Positions 22,308-33,889 of a stretch of DNA of 64,000 nucleotides are shown here, one piece after another (positions within the stretch are counted from its first letter, which is position 1; every line of letters starts with the position of its first letter). Location: the NCBI GenBank assembly GCA_001661245.1, contig KV454012.1:464147-528146 (forward strand), read 5' to 3'. The stretch comes from Pachysolen tannophilus NRRL Y-2460. Taxonomy: Eukaryota. Under the pieces are notes generated by a model that made no database searches, was not told where the DNA came from, and saw only the letters and a program-made list of their open reading frames with translations. Made by a program: the position numbers and the translations under genes.

Positions 22308-23283
22308 TAATAATAATAATAAAATTACTACTACTATGATAAAGAAGAATTGGTAGTGACCGCGAATAGAAAAATCAAATAATTTTTTTATTTTTTTATT
22401 TTTTTTTTCTTTCTTTTGATTTTGTTGGGAACGATTATGGTACGAATCACTGATAAAATGGAGAGAGGAACAGGACAAGACAAGACAAGACAAGACAATT
22501 TTTAATTTTTAATTTTTTTTCAAGAAGTTTTATATTTAAAATTTTTTTTTAGAAAATTGACTAATAAGCTCAAAATTATAAAAATAATAATAGTAATAGT
22601 AGTAATAGTAGTAGTAGTAATGATAATTAAGGGGGAACTATAAGAAATTTAAAAAAAGCCGTGCTGGAAAAAAAAGACGTGCTGGGGCAAAAAAAAGACC
22701 AAACAACGGTGTTCTAGAATCTTGATCTTGGAAAGCTGTAGCAAAAACGGTAGGGTAAATGCTAAAAAAACCGATTAGATTATAGCCTACGGTTAAAAAA
22801 TGTTTTATCTTTTAACAAGACATTATAAAGAAAAGAAGAAGAAGAAGAAGAAAAAAATAAAAAAAGAAGGCTCTTAAAACTAACTTTGCCTTACACATGT
22901 TTTCAATTATAGAAGCAATTATATATTTCTAAGCCAAAAAAACAAAAAAACAGAAGAAAGAAAGTCATCTTTTGCTGGAGATATAATATAGATTTTTTTA
23001 GGAGGCGTACATACATTCACACATACATACATACATAATATACTTTAAATTTAAAATTTTTTAAAAATTTTTAATTTTGCAAGAAAAACAAGAAAAAAAA
23101 AAAAAACAAAAATTTAATAACGTCGTTCATGGCCATACCAGTTATTCTCATTTAGGAAACCAACAGTTTGAATGTCACATTTGAGTTTTTTAAGAAAATA
23201 ATAATCATTACGTTTTGAGTTAATTTTTTCTTTCTAGTTAAAAAGAAAGAAAGAAAGTTTTTGTTATTTTTTTTGAAGTTTCA

Positions 23284-23880
23284 ATGCCACAAAAAAAGAA
23301 ACCGTCATCATTATCGGCGCTTAGCAATACAAGGAAATTCAATGAAAACCCTTTTAATGTTGTATCTACCACTGAATCCAGGATTCCTTCATCAATTGAA
23401 GATTTAATATTGGATAAATATACGGATTTTTGTTATAATTCGGATACAGAAGATTTAGAATCCAATCAATTGTTTGGATTTTTAAAAAATTATTTAAAAA
23501 TTCCAGATGTACTTTTACAAGGATTTAATCCAACTAGGTATCAAATAGATGGTGAAACAAATGTAGTAGATATTGATAAATTGGTTAAATATGGAGGGTT
23601 ATTATTAATAATGAAAAATAATTTAGAAATTATAAAATCTTATTGGAAATTATTAGTAAAATATATGAGTGATGATTTTAATTTACAAAATGATAAAGAA
23701 GTTTTTGAATTTAAAATTCATCTTGATGATTTGATGAAATTAAGAGATAGTATTAATGATGATAGTAATGAAAATCTGTTAATAGATATGATTGCTGTAG
23801 GTTCGGATGGTGAAAAAGTTTTTGTTAATTTTGTTGATTTTGGTAAGATCTTGGGGAAAATAGGCGAATTAAATTTTTAG
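23284..23880 (+). CDS. RAD33: Nucleotide-excision-repair factor Rad33-like
   Basis: RIPSSIEDLILDKY, VVDIDKLV, LLIMKNN..W, DMIAVGSDGEKVFVNFVDFGKILGKIG match recalled Rad33; convergent with ERV25 as in S. cerevisiae. Confidence 0.85.
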   Translation: MPQKKKPSSLSALSNTRKFNENPFNVVSTTESRIPSSIEDLILDKYTDFCYNSDTEDLESNQLFGFLKNYLKIPDVLLQGFNPTRYQIDGETNVVDIDKLVKYGGLLLIMKNNLEIIKSYWKLLVKYMSDDFNLQNDKEVFEFKIHLDDLMKLRDSINDDSNENLLIDMIAVGSDGEKVFVNFVDFGKILGKIGELNF

Positions 23881-23894
23881 TGAAATAAAATTAA

Positions 23895-23925
<31 letters not shown>

Positions 23926-24107
23926 CATATATATGTATAAAAGAATAATGAAAAAAATTGGATTTTATACATTGACAAAGTGGTCAAAAAAAGAAAAAAA
24001 CAAAAGTTTATCTTGTATTTGAAATTTTTTTATTTCATTTTATTTTTTCTTTTCTGTTTTCAAATTAGAACCAAACTGTTAAGTTTTTTTTTTTCAATGA
24101 AAACTTT

Positions 24108-24737
24108 TCATAAAATATGTTTTGACCTAAAGAAATTTCTAAGATAGTTGATTTGCCATACACTTAAACCAACCAACATCAAGATAACCAACACTCCGAA
24201 ATTTTTAACTCTTGAATTTGTTGATTCATTAGTATTTCTTAATTTTTCTTCTCTTCTTTTTAAATATTCCAATTCATTAACTATTTCATCTGTTAATTCT
24301 TCAATTTTTCTTAATTGAACTTCGACTGGTTTCAACTTCTCAGCTGCTTGTACTGCATTCCAATCCCTTGCTGAACTTCCAGCTTCAATTTCTAATTCAA
24401 TTTCTCTAAATAAATTGGCATTTTTATTAAATAAAATATTTTCAAAACAAACATCAAAAGCAGCTGTTGAATGTGAAGTAAATGCAACTCTAACACTACC
24501 AGCAAAATCTTTCTTTCTACGATATTCATTTCCAATTGTATCCTTTATATAAAAACTTAATTTTTGACCATCCCCAACAAATCCAGAAGAAAAAATATTT
24601 ACCACAACCAATTGTCCCTCTTGAACAAAATCTCTAATACATGTTGGATCGGAACTTGGCTTAGCTTGAACCTCCAATCTTAATCCATAAGCTAAATTTG
24701 TGAAAAAAAATGCCAGTAATAATATGAAAAATTTCAT
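24108..24737 (-). CDS. ERV25: p24-delta cargo receptor
   Basis: Signal peptide, GOLD domain [35 protein letters not shown] tail; ATG at 24737. Confidence 0.95.
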   Translation of the reverse strand: MKFFILLLAFFFTNLAYGLRLEVQAKPSSDPTCIRDFVQEGQLVVVNIFSSGFVGDGQKLSFYIKDTIGNEYRRKKDFAGSVRVAFTSHSTAAFDVCFENILFNKNANLFREIELEIEAGSSARDWNAVQAAEKLKPVEVQLRKIEELTDEIVNELEYLKRREEKLRNTNESTNSRVKNFGVLVILMLVGLSVWQINYLRNFFRSKHIL

Positions 24738-25153
24738 GATCAATTATTGTTATACAATACAAAATTCAAACTATAGCCTCTCAAGACCCTTATATACCTG
24801 GTTCAAACTGTCTACTGATTATTTTATTAACAAATCATCTCTGAAAAAGAGGAAAAGAATAAAGAAAAAAAAACATATAAATTTTTTTACTAACGCGTGT
24901 CAACTTAACAGACTAATTGCGAACGAGTTACACGACCGACGAGAAACCACCAATTAAATACCGATTTTTCAAAGTTTTTAAAAGGTTTTTGAAGGTCAAT
25001 AAAGTCAATAGTAATGACCTGTAATTATCTAGTAGTTAGCATCCTCGTCTTATATATTAAACTATTTAACTCTCATAAAACTCCATAATCTCGTATGATT
25101 TGAAAAAAGTGAAAAAAAAAAGTGAAAAAAATTACTTTCTATCTTTTCCATTC

Positions 25154-26773
25154 TTAGGAAGAACCTATTGGAATGATCAAGTTTGTAGTATTTTTACCAT
25201 TACTTATTAAAGCGGCAACATTCGCCCCCATTAAAGCAGATGTTTCCATTGTGCTTATAAAAGACTCCATTGTGTTTAAATACCATAACCCATCTTCATG
25301 AAGTTTAAAAGTATCAAACTTATTCTTAGGAACTAAGTAAGGATACGATTCCCATAAATGATTTTTCAATATTTCATAATTATTTTCTTTGAATAAAGTT
25401 GAAAGTTTAAAATCGTTATTTTCTAGTGTCATATCTATTGGTGAAAAAATTTTATAAATGTAATTATCAGTATCATTATTATAATCAATAATGTTTATGG
25501 AGAAAAAAGGAGGATTTTCATCCAGATCGTTTTGAGTTGTCATGATGAACTCTGGTAATGATTCTAAATTCCCAGTAGAATTGAAATATTCACTTGATAG
25601 TTTTTCTTTACTTTTGAGAATTAAAACATGTAATTTAACAAATTCTACTTTTGCCAAATCATTATTAATTAAAAATTTTTCATTTTCTTTATTTGGAATA
25701 TCAATTTCAATATCTTGTAAAGTATGATATGGTGAAGCTATAAGAACTTGATTGAAAAAATCTTCAACTCCATCATTATAAGTTATCTTCCAATTTTCAT
25801 CACCTTTCATTAATTCAATTTTATTCACCTGAGAATTCAAAAGTAATTGATTATTTTCTGAAAATGAAATAAATTTTTCAAAAATTTTATAATTTCCACC
25901 TTTAACTTGTAATCCAGAACCACTAAATGCTGCTGCTAACGTAACCAGTGAACCTAAAGCATGTAATTGATCTATATTTTGAGCATAATTAACTCTAGTT
26001 GTAGCTTGAACAAATTCTTTAATAAAATCTTGATTAAGATTTTCAACATCAGTCAAATAATCCTTACCGGTCTTATTTGTTAACTCAATTAACCCACTCT
26101 CAATATTAATTTTATTTAAATCATCAAAGGGAAAATGTTCATCATTATCATAAAAAAATTTCAAAAATTTATTTCTAATCAAGTTCTTATTCAGCCTATA
26201 TGCTTTAATAGGTGAATATCCATATTTTTTCCAAAATTTAAATTTTGACCATAAACTATTGGATTGACCTTCAAATACAAATTTGTTACCATTCCAAATT
26301 CCAAAAGAACCATCAAATAAATCTGGATATTTCTCTTCAACACTGAATTCTTGTAACGTTAGGTTAAAAATGTCAACTGCTTTTGACAATATTTTATTGT
26401 CTTTAATGAAAATAGATGCTCCTAATTCAGCATAAAAATCATCGATATCATCATTATCATTACTTCCTTCAAAGTTTGATATAGTTGTTGATCTACCACC
26501 AACATAATTCAGTTTTTCAAAAATTGTGACATTGTATAAGTGATTAGTAAAGTATTGAAGATGATATGCAGCAGAAGATCCTGCAGCACCTGCTCCTATA
26601 ATGGCTAATTTTTCAACTTTAGCATCAGTAGAGTTATCGGAATATTGTAACACTTTTTGTTCCTCTTCGAAAATAAAGTTCTTGTCATCATTCTCCAAAG
26701 CATTTACATTTACATTTACATTAACAAATGAAAATGAAGTAACCAAAATTAGCAATACCAAAAAACAATTCAT
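25154..26773 (-). CDS. Prenylcysteine oxidase/lyase (FAD)
   Basis: Signal peptide; IIGAGAAGSSAAY, YVGGRSTT, ELGASIF, TRVNYAQN, WESYP, YLNTMESFISTMETSAL. Confidence 0.9.
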   Translation of the reverse strand: MNCFLVLLILVTSFSFVNVNVNVNALENDDKNFIFEEEQKVLQYSDNSTDAKVEKLAIIGAGAAGSSAAYHLQYFTNHLYNVTIFEKLNYVGGRSTTISNFEGSNDNDDIDDFYAELGASIFIKDNKILSKAVDIFNLTLQEFSVEEKYPDLFDGSFGIWNGNKFVFEGQSNSLWSKFKFWKKYGYSPIKAYRLNKNLIRNKFLKFFYDNDEHFPFDDLNKINIESGLIELTNKTGKDYLTDVENLNQDFIKEFVQATTRVNYAQNIDQLHALGSLVTLAAAFSGSGLQVKGGNYKIFEKFISFSENNQLLLNSQVNKIELMKGDENWKITYNDGVEDFFNQVLIASPYHTLQDIEIDIPNKENEKFLINNDLAKVEFVKLHVLILKSKEKLSSEYFNSTGNLESLPEFIMTTQNDLDENPPFFSINIIDYNNDTDNYIYKIFSPIDMTLENNDFKLSTLFKENNYEILKNHLWESYPYLVPKNKFDTFKLHEDGLWYLNTMESFISTMETSALMGANVAALISNGKNTTNLIIPIGSS

Positions 26774-27121
26774 CTTCAATTACTCAATTACTCAATTATT
26801 ATTCATCTTCAGCTTAATTTAAAATAAATAAAAAATTAAAAATTAGGCAAGATAAAAAGAGATAAAAGTGTGGTTGTGATAACCAAAATAAAGATAGTAA
26901 GCGTGATACTTTACAATTTTTATTTAATTACACTTAAACTAAAAATTTTCAGAATTATAATTAGATTACTAAAAAAATTAAAGGCTAAATAAACAAATAA
27001 CTGTTCTTCCATTTGTATACATGTTTTAATAAAACTATCAAAGTACAAGCAAAATAACATAAAAAGTGAAAACAACGACATCTGACGAACGAATATAAAA
27101 ATCCAAATCCAAATAAAAAAA

Positions 27122-30100
27122 TCAATTTGGTTCGTAACTAGCATCGTCATCGTTTACAGATGGTGTAGGTGCATTCCAAGAACCAGGAGTCGGTGCAACA
27201 TTTCCAGGAGTAGGAGCTGGTTCCCAACTATTCGCATTCTGAACACCTAAATAACGATCATCATTTAAGCCTGAGTTAGGATCCCATGCGGATTTACCTC
27301 CATAAGAAGATTTTCCACCACTGACACCCCATCCTGGAGTTCTACTACCTCCTTCATAAGCAGGAGTTTTACCACCAGATGTACCCCAAGCAGGAGTCCT
27401 TCCACCGGCACCACCCCAGGTAGGTGTTTTAGAAGAACTAGTTCCCCATGCAGATCTATTTCCTTGAGATGAACTCCATCCAGGTGTTTTAGAGCCATTA
27501 GACGACCAAGCAGGAGTTTTTCCACCATTAGATGACCATGCCGGGGTTTTTGAACCAACACCTCCCCAACTGCTTCCTGGCGCTGCTACACCTGTGTGGG
27601 ATCCCCATGCAGATGCTCTACCCGATGGATTTTGTGATGAGTAATGAGCATCATAAGCAGAACCTGCAGGTGGCCTTTGAGAGAATGAATCACCTCCACT
27701 ACTACCACTGGAACCACCTCTGTAACCTTTACCCCTTGTACTCAAAAATTCTCTATAATCAATATATGTACCAGTTTGATCCACTTCATATTTCAAATGG
27801 CTTTTATTGATAGTGACTAACTTATTAGGTGCATGTAATTCGACTCTTGCAATTTCACCATTGGCATCTTTGATAATACCTTTTTTACCTTTATGTCCAC
27901 CACTGATGATCTTGACTCTAGTATTTATTGAGAAATCTCTTCCAGCAATTTTGGGTGCTGATGAAGAAGTTGAAACTGGTCCCAACTTTCTACTAGGATT
28001 CATTTTTGTTAAATCTGGTGTTTTAAATTGTCCAGAAATTGATCCTTTTGCAGATATTGTCTCGACGTTGAAACTATTCGTCAAGAAAACACCTAAGTTC
28101 TCTGTCAAAGTCTTTGATTGTAAAAATAAAGATGATCTGTAAATATGCAATATGGTACCAGTTCTTCTTTCACCTTTTGTTTCTTTAATAGTATCACCAA
28201 CTTTAATTTCAAGACCGTTTTTATCTGTTGCAATTTCTTGAGTTTTAGATAAATCCAACTTTGATTGAATAGATGAAGGTGAAACTTCCACGGTTCTACC
28301 ATCTGTTTTCAAAACTGTGAAAACTTCTTTTTCTGCACGGATAATCAAACCAACCAGATCAGAATTCAATTGTACTAAGTCATGCAATTCAAATCTACCA
28401 ACTTTAGAAAAAGAGGTAGTCGTATCTGTTGATTTGATCAAATAGTTGCTGAAAACAGTAACTGCATTTCTTGTTTGATCTGAAATAAAAGTAACTTGAT
28501 CTCCATTAACACTTACAATTAAACCGGTATCATCAATATGATGACCATGAATAACTCTAACATGATCACCTTCCAAGAAAATCTTTCTTAAATTATTTGT
28601 TGGTATTTCAATTGTTGTACCTTTAGCGTCTGAATCAATCACTAATTTTACTATTTTAGATTGTTGAGATGCTAAAACTTTACCTTTTATACCAGCTTGT
28701 TCACCATTGACAACTTCAACTTTATCACCTGGTTGGAAAGTAATCAACTCATTCGATGATTGTTTTAAAGATTGAGCTATAGATGACAAATCAATACCTT
28801 CTTCTTGATTTCCAGAATTAAACCTTGTTAATTCTTCTAGAGTAGGATTAATATTTTTCAAATTCACTATGGCCAATCTAAAGTCTTTATACAAGAATCC
28901 GTTTGTGTATTCCTCACCTTTATATGTATATGAACTTCTTCCACGCCTGACTAAATTTCTTGGGTCATGTGTTGAAGCTTCTTGTTCATTGAAAAGTCTT
29001 GGTGGAGGTCTTATCTTGTTATTTTGAATTACTCTAGTCTTTTTAAGGCCATTTTTATCAATATATTCTTGTTGAGTTCCATGTCTTCCATAATCTAACC
29101 TTGGTACTAACTTCAATCTTACCTCCAATCCATTTTCTGCTAAATTTTCAACCAAGGCCAAATCTCCTTTATATTTACCTTGTTTAATTCTACAATAAAT
29201 ACCTGGAACAACCTCAACATCTGATGATTGTGAACTTTTTAACAATGCAGGATATTCTTCAACTGGGACCAAAACTTTTGGTGAATTTCCAAAAACACCT
29301 ACCAAACCATTTAATGCTTGATTGACGGCTTCAATTTTTCTTGCTTCAATATATATATAACCTGTAAAATTATCACGTTGAAAACATGAATATATATCCA
29401 ATGGACGATTAGAATTTTGTAAAGAAATTTTCTTTTTCAAGATTAACCTAACTATTTCTTTTTCCTTACCTGGACGACATCTTATACCCCATATACTAGG
29501 ATCATCAACTGAAGGTAATAATAAACGTTGAGGGACCTGAGCAGAAGAAGCACCGGTAAATTTTGAAGTTGCTGATCTTCCATATCTATCTTTGAAAGCC
29601 TGTGCCAACTCTTGAGCATCTTGTTCTTCATCCTGTTGTTCTTCTCTTGCCAATTTACGATGAATTCTAGCATCATTAAATGAACGCCTTCCTTCTGCGC
29701 CTTCTTCACCTTCTGGCGCGTGATCATCAGCAAGAAAAGTTTGTTTCAATAACTCAGCTTCCTCTTCATCTTCATCTTCCTCTTCTTCATCCTCATCAAC
29801 TTCGGCCTCAACATCCAAAAACTGGTTTCTTCTTCTTCTTTTCTTTGATCTAACTTCATCTTCTTCATCTTCATCTAATTCATCATCATCTTCATCCTCA
29901 TCATTCTCTTCTTCATCATCATCTTGTTCATCATCTTCATCATCTTCATCTTGCTGTTGTTCTCCATTGGCGATATCGTCCCCACCATCCTTTTGATCTT
30001 TCCTGCCTTTTTCGCCACTATCTTCATCATCAGACCTTGGGCGCTTTCTTGAAAGTTTTTCCTCTTCCGGAACTCTAACATCAGTTTCACCCTCTGTACT

Positions 30101-30256
30101 TTCTACCTTACGCCCTTCTTCCTTCAATTCATTCTTGTCAACAGAAGTACCAGAAGTACTAGAAGTACCAGAGGAGCCTGAAACCATTTCAGCTTCTTTT
30201 CCCAAGTTATCTTCCCTTTGTGACGCAAGTGAATTATTTTCTTCTTTATCACTCAT
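27122..30256 (-). CDS. SPT5: Transcription elongation factor Spt5
   Basis: Acidic N-terminus, FLDVEAEV, NGN domain LLPSVDDPSIW, KOW repeats, C-terminal TPAW repeats. Confidence 0.97.
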   Translation of the reverse strand: MSDKEENNSLASQREDNLGKEAEMVSGSSGTSSTSGTSVDKNELKEEGRKVESTEGETDVRVPEEEKLSRKRPRSDDEDSGEKGRKDQKDGGDDIANGEQQQDEDDEDDEQDDDEEENDEDEDDDELDEDEEDEVRSKKRRRRNQFLDVEAEVDEDEEEEDEDEEEAELLKQTFLADDHAPEGEEGAEGRRSFNDARIHRKLAREEQQDEEQDAQELAQAFKDRYGRSATSKFTGASSAQVPQRLLLPSVDDPSIWGIRCRPGKEKEIVRLILKKKISLQNSNRPLDIYSCFQRDNFTGYIYIEARKIEAVNQALNGLVGVFGNSPKVLVPVEEYPALLKSSQSSDVEVVPGIYCRIKQGKYKGDLALVENLAENGLEVRLKLVPRLDYGRHGTQQEYIDKNGLKKTRVIQNNKIRPPPRLFNEQEASTHDPRNLVRRGRSSYTYKGEEYTNGFLYKDFRLAIVNLKNINPTLEELTRFNSGNQEEGIDLSSIAQSLKQSSNELITFQPGDKVEVVNGEQAGIKGKVLASQQSKIVKLVIDSDAKGTTIEIPTNNLRKIFLEGDHVRVIHGHHIDDTGLIVSVNGDQVTFISDQTRNAVTVFSNYLIKSTDTTTSFSKVGRFELHDLVQLNSDLVGLIIRAEKEVFTVLKTDGRTVEVSPSSIQSKLDLSKTQEIATDKNGLEIKVGDTIKETKGERRTGTILHIYRSSLFLQSKTLTENLGVFLTNSFNVETISAKGSISGQFKTPDLTKMNPSRKLGPVSTSSSAPKIAGRDFSINTRVKIISGGHKGKKGIIKDANGEIARVELHAPNKLVTINKSHLKYEVDQTGTYIDYREFLSTRGKGYRGGSSGSSGGDSFSQRPPAGSAYDAHYSSQNPSGRASAWGSHTGVAAPGSSWGGVGSKTPAWSSNGGKTPAWSSNGSKTPGWSSSQGNRSAWGTSSSKTPTWGGAGGRTPAWGTSGGKTPAYEGGSRTPGWGVSGGKSSYGGKSAWDPNSGLNDDRYLGVQNANSWEPAPTPGNVAPTPGSWNAPTPSVNDDDASYEPN

Positions 30257-30670
30257 TTATTCCTTATTAATGACATATATATATAAATATATATAAATAT
30301 ATATATACAACCAAAATCAATAAACAAATAGAGAAGCTATCAACAGATTATAAAACAAATCTCAATTATGAAGAAAACTATCTCTTATTGTGATGATTAA
30401 ATAAATGATTTATCAAAGAAGATTAATTCCAAATAAATATAATATAATATATATATATATATATTTAATCATTCATTTTCTTTTCTGCTCAAAATTTAAT
30501 TTTTTTTCTTTTGTAAAAAAAATCATCAAAAAAAAAAATCGTTTACAAAATATCAACTTTTATTACTGGTTCACTAAATGGACCAATTCATTTATACCAA
30601 AGTGATGGATTCTATAGGAGTAATTGGTTAAAGATTAGGTTGATAGGTTGTTGTTAGGTTCTAGGGAAGG

Positions 30671-31174
30671 ATGTCTGTTACGTTGCATACTGATTTTGGT
30701 GATTTGAAGATAGAATTGTTTATTGATGAGGCTCCAAAGACATGTGAGAATTTTTTGGCTCATTGTGCTCTGGGGACATATAATAATACAAAAATATTAA
30801 GGAATATACCCAATTTTATAGTACAATTTGGTGATCCTACTAATAAAGGTAGAGGTGGTGAAAGTATATGGGGAGGATATATTGAGGATGAGTTTCATCC
30901 TAATTTGAGACATATAAAGAGAGGAATTGTTTCCATGGCCAATAGTGGAGAACCAAATACAAATGGGTCACAATTTTTCATAACTTATAATAAACTACCA
31001 TCTTTAGATGGTAAATTTACAGTTTTTGGTCAAGTTATTAATGGACAAGATACTACATTGACAAGAATGGAAAAAGAAATCAAGGTAAAACTGAAAAATA
31101 ATAAACCACTACAAGATTATTATATTACAAATGTGACAATACATGCAAACCCAATAGCAGATAGAGAATCATAA
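30671..31174 (+). CDS. Cyclophilin, PPIL3/Cyp10 type
   Basis: MSVTLHTDFGDLKIELF..PKTCENFLA, GGESIWG, SMANSG.PNTNGSQFFITY, VTIHANPIA. Confidence 0.9.
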   Translation: MSVTLHTDFGDLKIELFIDEAPKTCENFLAHCALGTYNNTKILRNIPNFIVQFGDPTNKGRGGESIWGGYIEDEFHPNLRHIKRGIVSMANSGEPNTNGSQFFITYNKLPSLDGKFTVFGQVINGQDTTLTRMEKEIKVKLKNNKPLQDYYITNVTIHANPIADRES

Positions 31175-31272
31175 ACAATAATAGTTAACAAAACTTGTAT
31201 TTCTTATATCTATATACAAAACTCACATCAATACATATCCGATAGAGGAGCGGGGGTTTCCCTTCTATTCAC

Positions 31273-31633
31273 TTATTTTTTATTAGCAAAAAACCTACTA
31301 GCACCTCTTGAGAAATCCAATGGTTTTGTATCCTGTATCTTACGTTTTTTACCTTCAGTGAATAACACATGTCTCTTAACTAATGGATCATATCTTATTT
31401 GTGTAATCAACGGAGTTGATCTTGGTCTTAAAAGGTATCTTGCATAACCTGTATTTGCGGTTGATAATAACTTTATAATGATATTCTTAGATTTAGCTTC
31501 TAAATTGAAAAATGGGAAAATAAAAAAAAATTTTTTGTTTTTTGTTTTTGCTATTAGTATCAATACCGAATCAAACTCATTTATATATATAGATAGATCT
31601 CTCCATCAATATATGATTCTACTTACTTGCCAT
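31273..31633 (-). CDS. MRPL39: Mitochondrial ribosomal protein bL33m, two exons
   Basis: Exon1 ATGGCAA 31633-31627; intron 31626-31500 (GTAAGT, TACTAAT, TAG); product [35 protein letters not shown]. Confidence 0.92.
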
Positions 31634-31964
31634 CTTTACTTTACAGATTAAATTTGCTGCTGTAATAATAATAATAATAATAGTAATACCACAACCTCTT
31701 TTTGATTTAACTTGAATTCAACCAATATATTGATTTTTAGCAGTTTTCAAGGAAACAAAAAAAAACTCCACTTGATATTATTTGCACGACCTCGTTCTTT
31801 ATTTTAAGCGATTTTTTTTCACGGTATTAAAGAAATTCAAGCTAAATCAAAAACCTTTAGTTTATTACAATTAGATTTATATTTCTATTATTTTTTTATT
31901 ATTATTAATGTTGATATTACTAGGACTATTTAATTCATGATATTATTACTATTATCGTAAAAGC

Positions 31965-31995
<31 letters not shown>

Positions 31996-31999
31996 CTCC

Positions 32000-33766
32000 T
32001 TAGTCGAAAACCCCATCTCTAGTTTCGATAAACTTAATATATCTGTATTTTGTCCATTTTCTCATTTTTTTACCCCATATTATGAATGGAGCAGCTAAGA
32101 ACATGATGAATAAATTAATACATGCTAGTGCAATATAAGTATTTTGAGTTCCCGAGTCATCTAACCAATAGGAACAAGTAAAAGTAAAGATACAGGCAAT
32201 ACTATTATTGATTACAGAAACACCAACCATACCTTCCAAGATCATTTCAGGGTAAGCATCCATCAAGTATGACATTGCAACATCACCTGAAGAACCCCAT
32301 CCAAAACCTATGAAACCAAGACCAACGTATTGGATCCTCCAATCTAATGCTTTTTCTGTACCGATACCAAACATCAAGAGACCAATTGAACAAACAATTC
32401 CAGAAAGAAAAGAAAACCATAATCTGAACTCTGCTTCAGCAACACCACCATTTCTCTTTGCCATCCAGAGCAGGAACCAATCGGATATGAAACCAGCATA
32501 ACAACATCCAACGGTTGCACCGATTAAACATGGGATATTCATGATTGCAACACCGGTATCACTATAGTTCCATGGAGGGTAATAGTAATCATCATCTTCT
32601 GTTGTTAAATAAAAGGATAATAAAGCATCTTGAATCCCCCACATTAAACCAGATAAGATTACTGGAGGAAACATCATAACTTTTAAATTAATCCATAATA
32701 ATTTAAAATATTGAACAATACCATATCCTTTTAAATTAGAACCTGGTGTAATTATAGCCATTTTTTGAAAATAAGTCTTTTGAGGTTCATTAGCACCATT
32801 ATTATGAGGAAATTTAATATCTGTAGTTGCAGAAACAAGTTGATTTTCACCTCCTAATTTTTGTTCATTTGAAGAATCCAGAGTCATTATAAGACCTTCT
32901 TCAGTAGTTTGATTTATTTTCATTGTATCAGCATCATATTTTTCATCTTGTACTTCACCTTGATTTGAAAAAAATTGTTTCATTGAATTACCATCAAATG
33001 TAGGCATATATTTTGTTCTATCAAAATAAGTTTCTTCTAATCCAAATATTAATACTATAAGTAAACCACCAGATATGATTGCACCCCACCATCCTATCCA
33101 ACGAAATGATTGATATTCATCAATAAATCCAGCAATTAAAGGACCTAAATAAGTACCAATAGAAATGGATAAAATATAAAGTGTTAATGCAGAACCATAT
33201 TGACTTTGGAAACAAATATCTGAGATTGATAATTGTACTTGAGCTTCAGAACATGCTTCAGATGCACCAACAAATAATTGAGACCAAATAGTATCAGATG
33301 TATCATTAGATTTACCATACCAAAGACATCCACATAATCCAGAAAGAATACAAATCAAATAAGTAATTTTCCTACCATATAATGAAGAAAAAGGTGCCAT
33401 AAATAAAGTACCATAACCAATAGCAATGAATAAAACACCTGCACCAGTGTTCATAGCATCATAACTAATATCATAAATCTCATTTAAAGAATCTTGACCA
33501 GCACCAGCATCATTTGAAGTGGCTGCAGTAAATGCTGTCATGAAAAGAAGTAAAAAAAAATGCCAAAGTTTCCTCCATTTATTCCAATTTAAAGGATCAT
33601 TGGATGAATCTGTTGGTTGTGGTATTAATATAACATCTCCATCTGTTTTCATTGCTGGAGCTCCAGATTCAGTTGTTGCTTCCACATTGGCCCTATAACC
33701 TGAAGAGTAAACATGGAATGTTCCAGGTATAAAGTCAGGATGATACTTGTTGAAATACTGATCCAT
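32000..33766 (-). CDS. HOL1: MFS DHA1 transporter, Hol1 polyamine/histidinol transporter ortholog
   Basis: HPDFIPGTF, PQPTDSSNDPLNW, TAFTAATSNDAGA.QDSLNEIY.ISYD.MNTGAGVLF, SQLFVG.SE.C.EAQVQLS match recalled Hol1. Confidence 0.92.
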   Translation of the reverse strand: MDQYFNKYHPDFIPGTFHVYSSGYRANVEATTESGAPAMKTDGDVILIPQPTDSSNDPLNWNKWRKLWHFFLLLFMTAFTAATSNDAGAGQDSLNEIYDISYDAMNTGAGVLFIAIGYGTLFMAPFSSLYGRKITYLICILSGLCGCLWYGKSNDTSDTIWSQLFVGASEACSEAQVQLSISDICFQSQYGSALTLYILSISIGTYLGPLIAGFIDEYQSFRWIGWWGAIISGGLLIVLIFGLEETYFDRTKYMPTFDGNSMKQFFSNQGEVQDEKYDADTMKINQTTEEGLIMTLDSSNEQKLGGENQLVSATTDIKFPHNNGANEPQKTYFQKMAIITPGSNLKGYGIVQYFKLLWINLKVMMFPPVILSGLMWGIQDALLSFYLTTEDDDYYYPPWNYSDTGVAIMNIPCLIGATVGCCYAGFISDWFLLWMAKRNGGVAEAEFRLWFSFLSGIVCSIGLLMFGIGTEKALDWRIQYVGLGFIGFGWGSSGDVAMSYLMDAYPEMILEGMVGVSVINNSIACIFTFTCSYWLDDSGTQNTYIALACINLFIMFLAAPFIIWGKKMRKWTKYRYIKFIETRDGVFD

Positions 33767-33880
33767 ATCAAATTCTCTTGTATGTTTAATGTTATTATTT
33801 TTTTTTATTTGGCTCTAATAGTATCTTAATAGTTTGGTATCGTTTTGAAAAAAAAAAAGAAAAAAAAAAGAAAAGAAATG

Positions 33881-33889
33881 TCAGCACAT
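33881..33889 (-). promoter_or_regulatory. Minimal uORF ATG-TGC-TGA in the HOL1 leader
   Basis: Nearest upstream ATG, 123 nt before the HOL1 start; TSS unknown. Confidence 0.4.

Noticed and set aside
22660..22688. Two CGTGCTGG copies
   Set aside because: Too short and unassignable
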